From positions 185,566 through 249,565 of the forward strand of contig CAYLPP010000001.1 of assembly GCA_964385615.1 (NCBI GenBank): a stretch of DNA of 64,000 nt. The letters run 5' to 3'. The notes under the pieces were generated by a model. It saw nothing but the letters and a program-made list of their open reading frames with translations. It searched no databases and had not been told where the DNA came from. The stretch is from an uncultured bacterium. Lineage in GTDB: Bacteria > Omnitrophota > Omnitrophia > Omnitrophales > Aquincolibacteriaceae. Both the position numbers and the translations under genes were made by a program. Positions 33,601-44,722 of the stretch are shown here, one piece after another (positions within the stretch are counted from its first letter, which is position 1; every line of letters starts with the position of its first letter).

Positions 33601-35178
33601 ACCCCCAGGGAGCGCGGAGATCAAATTAAAGCCAGGCTTAAGAAGCTAGTTGATAGAAAAGTTCTGTCCAGCACCCAGGTCCCGAAAGTCAAATCTTTAA
33701 ACGGGGAATTTGAAGTCTGGGTAGAATTTTATGAACTTTCAGTGACTCCCGAGGTCTGGAAATCAATTTTCGAGACCATAACTGACGTTGACGGCTTATA
33801 CTTTTATAATACGAATATTTCGGATTTAAGCGCGATTCCGGTCGATACAAAAAAACTTCTCTTGATAAACTCTCAAAACATACGGGATTGGACTCCGTTA
33901 AAAAAACTGGCCCATCTTCAAGAGATAAATTTAAACGGAACCCGATTCCCCGAGGGAGATCTCTTTGAACCTTCACCCGATACAACCACGGGATTTCTAA
34001 TACGGGGTACTGACGGAAACTTGAAAGACGGCCGATGGCGGGTTAAAACTCCCCCCCATTTCGAAAAGCAACCAGGAGCTGAAATCCAGTTTGAGCTTTT
34101 TTCCCAACTAAAAATTCTGGAACCCTCTCTTCAGGATCCCGCGAGAGCTTATTCCGCGGCCCTGAATCGTCTGGACCGGGAGGGGTATGGTGACTTCGTG
34201 CGCGCCTTCAAGGAGCAGTATCAAGCCCGGTTTCAAAAACCGGTTCCGGGCAGTACCGGCGAGACTACCGCTTCCGCGCGCAGTGAAGCGCGAACCGCGA
34301 TAGCGGATTCAGCGGCCGAAACCGCGGGAGTGGTTGTCGATAAGTTAAACCCCGAATCAAGAGGAAGGCCGGAACCGGCTGACCTTCGAGAGATTTACAC
34401 ACGTTCACTTTCTGATTTGGATAAATTCGAATTGGATATCCGAGAAGACTTGCGGAAGAAAGTTTCTTCCGCGGGAATCAATTCACTGGAAGCCATTATG
34501 GATTTTTCGGAAAAACTTCTGGCAAAGATGCCGTCGAAGCCCATGACTTTAGCAGTGAATTTCTCTAAATCCGGAAAACGCCCCTCTTTTTTCAACGAAC
34601 TCCTAAGGTCAATTCTTAAAACCAGCAGCGGCGCGGAACTTTTTCTAGACTCTTCCAGTTACCACGAGGTTTCCCGTCAAATGAATCCGCAAACACGCCA
34701 GAAGGCTGCCCTCCGGAAATTAAAACCAGACACTATGACCGCGGGCATTCAAGTAACCGCTTATCAGGATCTGCCGGCCATCCCGATTGCCGTTGATAGA
34801 GCTGCCGCCTCTCTTCACGAAACTTTTCAGGGGCTTTTTCTTGATTCAAATGGAGTGAATAAAGATCAAGACACTCTTTACGCGAGTGAAGTGTTATTTG
34901 CCGCGCTTTTAATTCGCCTGGGATCTATTTCTTTGGAAAAAGGAGATGAACTTAAAAAACGTCTGCAGGGCATCTCTAAGCCGTCAAAAAGGGCTCAAAT
35001 CCGTGCGGATTATTTAAAAGCCGAGCTGATCAAAGCAATTCAAGAAGCGGGCTATAACAAGATTGATCCCGGCGCCTTTGAGTCTAATCAGGGCATCATC
35101 AGCATCCTGGCGAATTCCCTCATAGCTTCAATCACGGCCGAATTCCAGGCCCGGTCCAAATTCGCTGAAGCGGCTTAA
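24697..35178 (+). CDS. Giant multidomain protein (3493 aa). Order: signal-peptide-like N-terminus; TraB/TIKI/GumN-like domain; at least four AAA_5 (MoxR/dynein/midasin-type) ATPase modules; HEISH zinc-peptidase motif; three tandem LRR-containing modules; helical C-terminal region.
   Basis: N-terminus MKKIVALVTAITFSFSGHSTYAAP. TraB-like motifs KRLVVLIQDAHAIPD and TAVLVAGGFHAEGLTELF. One canonical AAA module has Walker A GIPGVGKS at 28927..28950 and Walker B GLLLIDEANL. Three degenerate modules: GGILLIDYAGS...IIGAMKPEQNNGYTNALQSRYNRTY; GETVFITGLDS...IILAFAPSMKQNRP; GLIAEGPSGRLKS...VVVIDELNL...FFLFASMNTADFEGRQKLSSALQNRV. HEISH at 30676..30690. LRR segments such as LDLTGTHIGDLSPIPRTVKKLVLS...LEELDLSFSMFKDLNLLPPGLKKLYL. 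Confidence 0.9.
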   Translation: MKKIVALVTAITFSFSGHSTYAAPFPQMETAADLPAGQWINPLTISFPPPIGEIKEKFEGQNKRLVVLIQDAHAIPDAQKNIRHLIEYSEKNYQIPLVALEGSASGMDSFLFKTFPDQKLLRKVLEDYFEKGELAGGTAAAILNNSSSLYHGIEEWSLYEEGLRDFLNAMAHEQDINSELASRVQELREDKARTYSKNLLALDQELEKFRENIADFISTLKALAAVKPPEKNSHLALLLEESVREEGNDSILGIEIQKAASFIRQNLEKTHSEESRKDLRTFHEQSQNFKTSHISAQDFALFLKELSKKHHIRVRVSSKLNQLTVRQKRIKDIEGTKLFEDFEKYSQSVKETLFNSLEERHLDQRSHQIDLLTRLQKLELSPKDWAEIKNLTAEAGYWDIRFDRVNEGQDISSLLSNMKPNLDFYQNAEKRTQSFLKQTVRLMLKDKTQTAVLVAGGFHAEGLTELFRSEGISYVLVMPKIAQIPENIHYREHMRGEVSWNRYFQVQNGQVNLYNAFVRGTRDRLLELSSENPNGVLKAWRDNIILTLAKEGRVKESRQYTKFIDEIRSAPGSAGGGDLALRWKKNIDQFIKNLRKLHDQNEITEENISKLFQTGLIPPAPDAPVVLSPGIKLSAELIPQLKFSKKNQNRNIFPSTQRRSEMRRTGTASSRTVHENILNDFLENPDLKSTLFYTQEANALDRYLLGHSKKEKLNYVRVSLRSRADLARLISDLRTAADGKGLKNVPGELWNALENGGILLIDYAGSTPALAEEFNSLFDKNAYFQELKKIFPDLKIIGAMKPEQNNGYTNALQSRYNRTYLFEFENPPQNPLAPIFEMVNDEDELPGDAVVIDLFDGDPFDTSLPRPLVSGVRIDAQGRMTLEEGDLARAVKSGKPIVIRRGNFKEGSSLMQFLTRAAVLGFQIDGEPYTLPLKIYGIPHESPENQKIAEEKKLITPEEAQEGSPENVWTLNSTNAASLFDRLQIDSEGRIVPLTPMLKIPGVRIRVTGNLPLSIWHRLMESPEIVQIEIAPNVHVPAPYRSQRSQNLVKSSNQASSQEQTWEEAAPQKVIYVETSDLGITAESLRQKFGGTSIFSWNVNPDDTVTHITGEVEEIEPGIYRHTGESNGTEILEALTRGETVFITGLDSNAALAEDLSTLNAPEPYLVINGERRFLKDFPGRIILAFAPSMKQNRPAKRVVEDGSGEKLKSVLEQEFKEELTEERWEQINRLKEALAKNFPDVSLNWGLNRMRLLLRQVRRSGGDWESALQDVIGNHFQEDREKRAFVRLLIRYVFKIEGKNRKPNTAAWERLREIMEEKMIEPLTWDHFGWEIADALSLDLILKIWDKETPNLAQGPSRAFSAVKQALDPAKPAAAPSLDLEFEKDLDIQERQLDKVYQILKNERAAMIIGIPGVGKSYSADQLAKRLGYSKEQVIKLTVGAGIKADDLKGNKEFQRKGLEDWANSKNGGLLLIDEANLTDPDFWNFLRGFLSGQLTENHRILFTGNPYSMPGRQLQKLLQEFVITVPYEEFSPKFLREWVETNLDPATPEREARAELIYEIYTAVRKVPGMSSELSLRDLSELTERVNTLLEPEERTRENILWTAWRQFRGMLTVEQREALRLYLHTTLGGTDLNLKEREETFPEGKDFELTVMTESTGRFLNGIEDALTMRDANIRKAAQARGKGTLYENKGKSGLIAEGPSGRLKSEGIVTVLKSRGFAEAEEAPANWPANKKYYRVTASPGSAQQLIEQIRKAQREGAVVVIDELNLLPSNFLEGILNDVLTGAAEPGFFLFASMNTADFEGRQKLSSALQNRVIYQRLEPYWQSELAEIAKKDLSPGKSKKAAEGLANRLARFQVWLQRKIEAPSRRPTVRELRAAAQAIAQGKTFEEAVESVYGTRFFELLRPDGKTEIPASVFSDSPYPAANEAGQDLLKTIQIFAAMFFPEEMKLPRIEVIESPTKGGSRISLTHTIRINRNRLYGEDEWLEILLHEISHGLFTTEGGLLGAGDAIWQDLEDIRHQRAFERLFPNGKLGNVPLQDRLERPSSSEEEFAEMIRKRNYSAFKNIILKTSVSPRQIFQLILTVSARELVTDQQLQGFLTGLTENEPDVLTLLPVNPFSEALPFTQAARNYVKFVPHKGASRSEIESFFKQALAQLDGIENAAARLSSDPVLEAEAGEKKPALNQNPSAYRQPPANLHNLIAKGLQQHIEKARVQLNEIKDDLESPEGVTKERLEEILGQLTNPNHPYSLVRELETLKDDGLTQLKRAVLEIIKNRARSQTALPGKPSYFNSLLDSLIAGLIGLATRTQGPEIGPAKKKPRPPEAAPPSPRKARYASSGHGAHGDQTKEEAPVIIEATGQVAENAAVPTAGLNLPARDPILHEVTRQDESEDAFLNILQKLFFNQNLPEGDFGARGEFKIEQFLRTHQISQSHYYLNPNEANLVPRPFVLRLEGPGDFNGNPLIFEFFHYLFERGFSVTVYFNDKRRQVHIRDFKTLTAALFQSQPVPEEVIRQDYKNRGETAPPIFSISQLQAMVEGEVYLAGILRKTARGEVIAAPSGTQIPPEKSGAESAPAQTQESSEVRKTRIEARLRDLIDRKMLPESTQYKVSIRDNLVEVSFSGNKFFDDPQWKLALQAAEGVDNLDLTGTHIGDLSPIPRTVKKLVLSSAALIYHWEPLKNLPLLEELDLSFSMFKDLNLLPPGLKKLYLAGGISITDGWAPIKNLSQLEVLHVGSADLQDEDLHFLPASLKKLNIRNNPEIKNWTPLKSLTQLEILDLMNNKAPEEDLFELSPDQTKGFQLIGTNGKLKGRWQFKQTPAEERLARIKDNIEKMIGKKILARDQVPVIRLFKGRVQVHLSKIFKIPEAWETVLKALEGVDELVLSDTNIIDLSSIPASVKKLSLWNSKNVPDWTPLRELPHLEQLSLRGTPFSVTILLEPSLDPAKGFQLLDTQEDPTVRWQFKKTPRERGDQIKARLKKLVDRKVLSSTQVPKVKSLNGEFEVWVEFYELSVTPEVWKSIFETITDVDGLYFYNTNISDLSAIPVDTKKLLLINSQNIRDWTPLKKLAHLQEINLNGTRFPEGDLFEPSPDTTTGFLIRGTDGNLKDGRWRVKTPPHFEKQPGAEIQFELFSQLKILEPSLQDPARAYSAALNRLDREGYGDFVRAFKEQYQARFQKPVPGSTGETTASARSEARTAIADSAAETAGVVVDKLNPESRGRPEPADLREIYTRSLSDLDKFELDIREDLRKKVSSAGINSLEAIMDFSEKLLAKMPSKPMTLAVNFSKSGKRPSFFNELLRSILKTSSGAELFLDSSSYHEVSRQMNPQTRQKAALRKLKPDTMTAGIQVTAYQDLPAIPIAVDRAAASLHETFQGLFLDSNGVNKDQDTLYASEVLFAALLIRLGSISLEKGDELKKRLQGISKPSKRAQIRADYLKAELIKAIQEAGYNKIDPGAFESNQGIISILANSLIASITAEFQARSKFAEAA
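32464..34056 (+). repeat. Three tandem intragenic modules, each with an N-terminal helix, LRRs and a conserved KGFQL..G.W.FK.TP tail, inside giant gene 2
   Basis: The modules begin ARLRDLIDRKMLPESTQYKVS..., ARIKDNIEKMIGKKILARDQVPV... and ARLKKLVDRKVLSSTQVPKVKS.... Each ends with ...(F/L)E(L/P)SPD..KGFQLIGTNGKLKGRWQFKQTP, ...PAKGFQLLDTQEDPTVRWQFKKTP or ...TTGFLIRGTDGNLKDGRWRVKTPP. DNA-level similarity is visible between the copies. Confidence 0.7.
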
Positions 35179-36869
35179 AACCGCAAAGCGGGATTATTCA
35201 GAAAAGCGCTGAAAGAAACGGTTTCGGAAGTGCCTTTCAGGCGTGATTTGATTTCAATCTTATCTTCTTTCAGATTTCTCTCCCCCACAATAATCTGCAG
35301 AGGAATTCCCAGAAGGTCGGCATCGTTAAATTTTACGCCTGCCCGCTCTTCGCGGTCATCGTAGAAAACTTCCCGGCCGGCATCGGTCAGGAGTTTATAA
35401 ATTTTATCAGCGGCCTCACGGGTCGTAGGTTCAGCCTGATTGACCGTGATGATTTCTGCTTCAAACGGCGCGATCGCAGCCGGCCAGCGGATCCCTTTTT
35501 CGTCGTGATGCTCTTCAATGGCGGCGGCCAGGATACGATTCACACCGATCCCGTAACAGCCCATAATGACCGGCTGTCTTTCCCCTTTTTCATCCAGGAG
35601 CTCCACACCAAGCGCTTTAGTGTAGCGGGTGCCTAACTTAAAAATATGACCGACTTCCATCGTGGTGGTCAGACGAAGTTTGCCCTTACCGTCCGGCGCG
35701 AGATCGCCTTCTTTGACGAAACGAATATCTCCCGAAGCCGTGGGATTGAAATCGCGGCCGGGCGCGACATTTTTCAAATGTTTGTCCTGCTCATTTCCGC
35801 CGGTCACAAAATCCGTGCCCTGCAGAATATCCCAGTCCGCGTAAATGGGAATCGTTAAGCCGGCAGGGCCCGCGAAACCGACCGGAGCTTTTGTGGCCTG
35901 ACGGATTTCTTCGGAAGTCGCCGGACGGATGGAAGCCGCACCGATCAGCTTGCGCAATTTGCCTTCATTCACTTCACTGTCGCCGGTCACGAGCGCGGCC
36001 ACGGTTTTATTATCCGCAACAAAAATCATGGTCTTGATCATCTGAGACGGCTTGATTTTAAAACGATGGCTGATTTCATCAATCGTGCGCAGATTCGGAG
36101 TGTCAAACGGTTCGGGCTTGGCGGACTGAGGTGCCGGAGTGTTAATCTCGGGTTTGCCTCGCTGAGCGATATCCAGACTGGCCAGGTAACCGCCTTCGGA
36201 CTTGGCAACTTTATCTTCGCCGTACGGACATTCCACCATAAATTCCTGGCTCATGCTGCCCCCCATCATGCCGGAATCCGCCGTCACAACCTGAAACGCG
36301 ATTCCGCAGCGGGTAAAAATTTTGTGATAGGCGTCAGACATTTTCTGATAGCTGACATCCAGTCCCGGCAGATCCCGGTCAAAGCTGTAAGCGTCTTTCA
36401 TGATGAACTCTTTGGTGCGGATCACACCGAAACGAGGGCGGGCTTCATCCCTGAACTTGGTTTGAATCTGATACACCGTAACCGGAAGATCACGAAAAGA
36501 TTTGATTGAACCGCCGACCAGTTCCGTCACCACTTCTTCATGAGTCGGGCCCAGCACAAATTCATGGCCCGCGCGGTTTTTAAACGCGATTTTATCTTCA
36601 CCCAGCGTTTCGTAGCGTCCGGTTTTTTTCCAGAGATCCGCGGGATGCAAAGCCGGCATCAGGAGTTCTTCGGCACCGGCCCTCGACATTTCTTCACGGA
36701 TAATCTGCATGACCTTTTTCAAAACACGGAACCCCAAAGGCAGGTAACTGTAAACACCGGAAGAAAGCTGGCGGATCAGTCCGGCACGCAAGGCCAGCTT
36801 GTGGCTCGCGGCTTCAGCGTCTTTAGGAAGGTTGCGGAGTGTAGGAATGAGAGTTTGTGTCCAGCGCAT
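35175..36869 (-). CDS. proS: Prolyl-tRNA synthetase
   Basis: 564 aa bacterial-type ProRS with an editing-domain insertion. Motifs ...FRDE..PRFGVIRTKEF.MKDAYSF... and the C-terminal anticodon-binding region. Confidence 0.9.
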   Translation of the reverse strand: MRWTQTLIPTLRNLPKDAEAASHKLALRAGLIRQLSSGVYSYLPLGFRVLKKVMQIIREEMSRAGAEELLMPALHPADLWKKTGRYETLGEDKIAFKNRAGHEFVLGPTHEEVVTELVGGSIKSFRDLPVTVYQIQTKFRDEARPRFGVIRTKEFIMKDAYSFDRDLPGLDVSYQKMSDAYHKIFTRCGIAFQVVTADSGMMGGSMSQEFMVECPYGEDKVAKSEGGYLASLDIAQRGKPEINTPAPQSAKPEPFDTPNLRTIDEISHRFKIKPSQMIKTMIFVADNKTVAALVTGDSEVNEGKLRKLIGAASIRPATSEEIRQATKAPVGFAGPAGLTIPIYADWDILQGTDFVTGGNEQDKHLKNVAPGRDFNPTASGDIRFVKEGDLAPDGKGKLRLTTTMEVGHIFKLGTRYTKALGVELLDEKGERQPVIMGCYGIGVNRILAAAIEEHHDEKGIRWPAAIAPFEAEIITVNQAEPTTREAADKIYKLLTDAGREVFYDDREERAGVKFNDADLLGIPLQIIVGERNLKEDKIEIKSRLKGTSETVSFSAFLNNPALRF

Positions 36870-36885
36870 GGAATTTCCTTAATGA

Positions 36886-37989
36886 TTAAGACTTGATGAA
36901 GATATTTTTAACTTTATCAACCACATCAAGGTTGATGATGTCATTGTAAACCACAAAAACCATAAGCCCCAGCAGAAGGTAAAAACCAACCTGGGTCGCT
37001 TTCTCCTGAACTTTCAAGCTGACCGGCTTGCGGATAATGCCTTCGATCAGCAGAAACAGAAAGTGCCCGCCGTCAAGCGCGGGAATCGGCAGAAGGTTGA
37101 TCACGGCCAGCGAAATACTCAGCGACGCCGCGAGCTGAAGCAGATAAATCCAGCCCAAATGCACCGCGTCACCTGTCATCGTCACAATACCGATCGGCCC
37201 TGAAAGGGTTTTCATGGAAAGCTTGCCCATCGCCAGATAAATCACAGCTTTGTAGGTCATGGAAGCCTGAAAATAAACTGTGTCCCAGGCCATCTTTAAG
37301 GATTCGGCAAAGCCGTATTTTTCAAATTCACTGGCGGCCGGATCAGGGGTGATTCCAAGCCGTTTCAATTTAACTTCGTGCCCGAAAACATCTTTAACAT
37401 CATCCGTTTTCGGCGTGATGGAAATCACCTGGGGCTGTCCGGCACGCAGAACGGAAAGCTGAAGCGCGCCTTCAGGAGCGTGATCAAGCGCGTCGGTCAG
37501 CTCACGCCAGGTTTTAACCGGCTGAGTCTGCACACTGACGATTTTATCGCCTTTTTGAAGACCGCTTTTTTCGGCAGGATAATCCGCGACAAAAGAAGCG
37601 ATCGTCGTTCCGGGAATCGGCCGGCCGGCCATAAAAATTCCGGTGAAAAGCGCGTAAGCCAGAATGTAATTCATGACCACGCCCGCGACCACGATGAAAA
37701 TTTTAGCCATCAGCGGGGCGGCGAGATAATCACCGGGCTTAGGACCGCTTTCGCCTGTTTCCCCCACGGACTCTCCGGCAGGCTTCACAAAACCGCCCAG
37801 GGGAAGAAGCGAGAGCACGTATTTGGTTTCTTTTCCCTGCCAGGAAAGAATTTCCGGACCGAAGCCGATGGAGAATTTTTCAACTTTCACGCCGGAAATA
37901 CGGCAGGCAATAAAATGACCGAACTCGTGAATAATAATCAACACGCCAAGAACGATCACCGCCGGAAGAATCGAAGCCAGAAAACTCAT
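36886..37989 (-). CDS. rseP: RIP metalloprotease RseP (site-2 protease, M50)
   Basis: HEFGHF motif within the first TM helix, a PDZ-like region, and a C-terminal LDGG. The likely start is MSFLASILP..., giving a 4-nt overlap with dxr. The track ORF extends to 38019. Confidence 0.85.
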   Translation of the reverse strand: MSFLASILPAVIVLGVLIIIHEFGHFIACRISGVKVEKFSIGFGPEILSWQGKETKYVLSLLPLGGFVKPAGESVGETGESGPKPGDYLAAPLMAKIFIVVAGVVMNYILAYALFTGIFMAGRPIPGTTIASFVADYPAEKSGLQKGDKIVSVQTQPVKTWRELTDALDHAPEGALQLSVLRAGQPQVISITPKTDDVKDVFGHEVKLKRLGITPDPAASEFEKYGFAESLKMAWDTVYFQASMTYKAVIYLAMGKLSMKTLSGPIGIVTMTGDAVHLGWIYLLQLAASLSISLAVINLLPIPALDGGHFLFLLIEGIIRKPVSLKVQEKATQVGFYLLLGLMVFVVYNDIINLDVVDKVKNIFIKS

Positions 37990-39125
37990 AAGAGGTCCTT
38001 TGCGAACTCGCGGGCCCAAGCATCGGTTTCCAGCAGACTCTCGATAGAGGGCGCTGAAACCGCGCTGTGCTTGCGCATGGTTTTTTCAATCACTTTCGGG
38101 ATGTGCATAAACGGAATCTTTTTCTCAAGAAAAGCTTCCACGGCCACTTCGTTAGCCGCGTTTAAAACCGCCGGCATACTGCCCCCCTGATACGCGGCTT
38201 CGTAGCCTAATCGCAGGCACGGAAACCGGCGGGCGTCAGGTTTGTCAAAATGAAACCGTCCCATCCCGGCAAGATCAAGACGAGGGAGGCTGTCGAGGCG
38301 TTCAGGATAAGTAAACGCGTATTGAATCGGAAGACGCATATCCGTAATGCCCATGTGGGCCATCTGGGAACCGTCAACGAATTCCACAATGGCGTGAATG
38401 ACGGACTCAGGATGAATCAGCACATCAATTTTTTCGGCCGGCATTTCAAATAAATTCGCGGCCTCAATCACTTCCAAACCCTTGTTCATCAAAGTCGCGG
38501 AGTCGACCGTGATTTTGGGCCCCATTTTCCAGCGGGGATGTTTAAGCGCCTGCTCCGGCTTCACTTTTTCAAGAGAACCTTTGTATTCACGAAACGGCCC
38601 GCCGGAAGACGTTAAGATCAGCTTCCGGACCGCGGCGGCGGATTTTCCTTCCAGACACTGCCACATCCCGGAATGTTCGCTGTCGACCGGAAGGATTTTG
38701 GCCCCGCTTCGGACAGCCTCTTTCATCAGCTGACGGCCGGCCATGACCAACGGTTCTTTGTTAGCAATCGCTACGTTCTTGCCCTTCTTGACGGCGGCAA
38801 AAATCGGTTTGAGGCCAATGGCGCCGACAAGGGCGAAAAGAAAAAGATCCACACCCGCGAGCGTGCTGACTTCTTCCAGCCCCTCTTCGCCCGCAGTAAT
38901 ACGGATTTTTTTTCCGGAGAGCCGGCTGCGCAGTTCAGGCAAAAGGGTTTCGTCATAAATACAGACGACTTCCGGACGGAATTCCAAAGCCTGCTCGGCC
39001 AGCGATTTAACATTCTTACGCGCGGCCAAAGCCTGGACTTTAAAGTGACCGGCATGAGCGCGCACAACTTCCAGCGCGTTCTTTCCGATCGATCCGGTTG
39101 AGCCTAAAATTGAAACTTTTTTCAA
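37986..39125 (-). CDS. dxr: 1-deoxy-D-xylulose 5-phosphate reductoisomerase
   Basis: N-terminus KKVSILGSTGSIGKNALEVV matches the NADPH-binding motif. The length and conserved central and C-terminal regions fit Dxr. Confidence 0.9.
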   Translation of the reverse strand: MKKVSILGSTGSIGKNALEVVRAHAGHFKVQALAARKNVKSLAEQALEFRPEVVCIYDETLLPELRSRLSGKKIRITAGEEGLEEVSTLAGVDLFLFALVGAIGLKPIFAAVKKGKNVAIANKEPLVMAGRQLMKEAVRSGAKILPVDSEHSGMWQCLEGKSAAAVRKLILTSSGGPFREYKGSLEKVKPEQALKHPRWKMGPKITVDSATLMNKGLEVIEAANLFEMPAEKIDVLIHPESVIHAIVEFVDGSQMAHMGITDMRLPIQYAFTYPERLDSLPRLDLAGMGRFHFDKPDARRFPCLRLGYEAAYQGGSMPAVLNAANEVAVEAFLEKKIPFMHIPKVIEKTMRKHSAVSAPSIESLLETDAWAREFAKDLL

Positions 39126-39933
39126 AAAGGCACCTGAAGAACGAAGTGAAGAACATAATAATACACAAACGGCACGGTGAGAATAAGACTATCCAGCACA
39201 TCCAGGATACCGCCGAGGCCGGGAATCTGGCCAGAGTCTTTAATGCCGGCCTCCCTCTTCAGAAGGCTTTCCGCGAGATCCCCCAGCTGGGACAAAATAC
39301 CGATACCGGCGCCCATCACTAATAGATGAAAAAAGGAGGCCTGCGGAAGATAGAGCTTTGAGATAAATGAGAGAAAAACCGTCGTAACCAGGCAGGCCAC
39401 AGCGCCTTCAACCGATTTGTTCGGGCTGATATGCTCGATCAGCTTGGTGCGTCCGTATTTACGGCCGATGAAATACGCACCCGCGTCGCCGCCCTTGATC
39501 AACAGAATTGTGTAGAAAGCCCAGTAGGGCCCTGAAGGCAGGCTTCGAATCTTCAGCAAATGCGCGATAAACCAGGGAACATAAATAATGCCGAAAACCG
39601 TAACGGCAGTGGAAAGCAGGGCCTGATTTTTTTCTTTCCGGTAAAAATTGGAAACCAGAAGAATCAGACAAGCCGCGGCCAGAACACCGGAAGGCGCTGT
39701 GTTGTAGTAAACTGAAAACGGCATCAGGGCGCCGAAAAAAAGCCCCAGAAATTTATTAACCAGGATGTCTTTTTTTTCCGCGATCACGAAGAATTCATAA
39801 AGGCCGATCATCGCGAAAATTTCAATCACCGAAAAGAAAAGCCACTGAGGCGCCAGAAAAATAGCATAGCAGGTTAGAGATACCAGAACGGCTGAAGACA
39901 ACAGCCTTTTACCGAGCTGGCTGACAGGGAGGC

Positions 39934-39937
<4 letters not shown>
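39122..39937 (-). CDS. cdsA: Phosphatidate cytidylyltransferase
   Basis: 271-aa polytopic membrane protein in the conserved position between uppS and dxr. It has a CTP-transferase C-terminal signature-like region (...GDLAESLLKREAGIKDSGQIPGLGGILD...). Confidence 0.8.
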
Positions 39938-43594
<3,657 letters not shown>

Positions 43595-43598
<4 letters not shown>

Positions 43599-44698
43599 TT
43601 GCCGACCTGTACTCCGGCTTTCATTTCATTCAAGGTCTCTTCAAGAACCTTGATCCCTTCGATCAAATCCTGTTTAGTGATGGAGCCCATGTGCGCGATC
43701 CGGACAACCTTGCCCTTGATCTCGCCCTGTCCGCCGGCCAAAGTCACGCCTTTTTCGTCACGCATAATTTTCACCAGCGCTTCACCGTCAATACCCGCAG
43801 GCACAACCGCCGCAGTGCAGGTGGAAGACGGCGCTTTGGAAAAAATTTCAAGGCCGATGGCTTTTAATTGCTGACGCGTAAAATCGCCCAGTTCGGCGGC
43901 ACGCTTAAAAACATTGTCCAAACCTTCTTTTTCAATCTGGTCGAGCGCTTTTTCAAGCCCAAGCACCAGGCTGATCGCGGGAGTAAACGGCGTATCCCAG
44001 TCTTTCAAAGCTTTTTCAAAAAGCGAAAGGCTCAAATAAAACTTGGGAATATTGGAAGTCTTGGAGCGTTCCTTGGCTTTCGGGCTGACGGAAAAAAACG
44101 CGAGCCCCGGAGGAAGCATCAGAGCTTTCTGGGAACCGGTCACGGTAATATCAACATGCCAGTTGTCGGTTTCAAGACGGTCGGCGCCCAGACCGGAAAT
44201 CGCGTCCACAATCAAAAGCGCCGGTGTTTTAGAAACAATTTCACCGATAGCCTTGATCGGCTGAAGCACCGCGGTTGAAGTTTCGCAAAGCTCCACGCAA
44301 ACAGACTTGATGTTCGGGTTTTTCTTCAGCGCTTCTTCAATTTCCTTGGGGTTGACCGCTTCGCCGTACTTATTCTTGATGACAATCGGCTTAAGGCCAT
44401 AGGCTTTGCCGATGTCAGTCCAGCGCTCACCGAACTTCCCGCCGTCCACAACCAGGATTTCATCCCCGACTGAATGAAAGTTCACGATCGACGCTTCCAT
44501 CGCGGAAGTGCCGGAGCCAGTCACGGTGTAAACCGTGTTCTGCGTCATGAAAACTTTCTTGATGCGTTCAGAAACCGCCTGAAACACCTTACGGTACTGA
44601 GGGGTGCGGTGATGAATAATGGGAGCAGCCATCACCTGGCGGACGGTTTCAGGAACGGGAATAGGGCCGGGAGTGAGCAGAATGTTGCGCTTTGTCAT
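43595..44698 (-). CDS. Class-V aminotransferase of the serine-glyoxylate / non-canonical phosphoserine aminotransferase type
   Basis: 367 aa. The PLP lysine lies in TGSQKALMLPPG. The gene is coupled to serA by a 4-nt overlap, which suggests a role in serine biosynthesis. Confidence 0.75.
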
Positions 44699-44722
44699 GG
44701 CAAAAACCTTTTAAGTGTTCGG

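Noticed and set aside
24697-35178. Search for a VWA/MIDAS (DxSxS) domain that would complete a midasin/MoxR-VWA analogy in giant protein 2
   Set aside because: No convincing DxSxS...T...D MIDAS pattern was found by eye, so no VWA domain is claimed.
37378-38190. 270-aa plus-strand ORF overlapping rseP and dxr, and similar antisense ORFs in clpP/serC (44474..45358), tig (45744..46259), cusA and purA
   Set aside because: They are antisense to well-supported conserved genes. Their translations are Arg- and Gly-rich and typical of GC-rich shadow frames.
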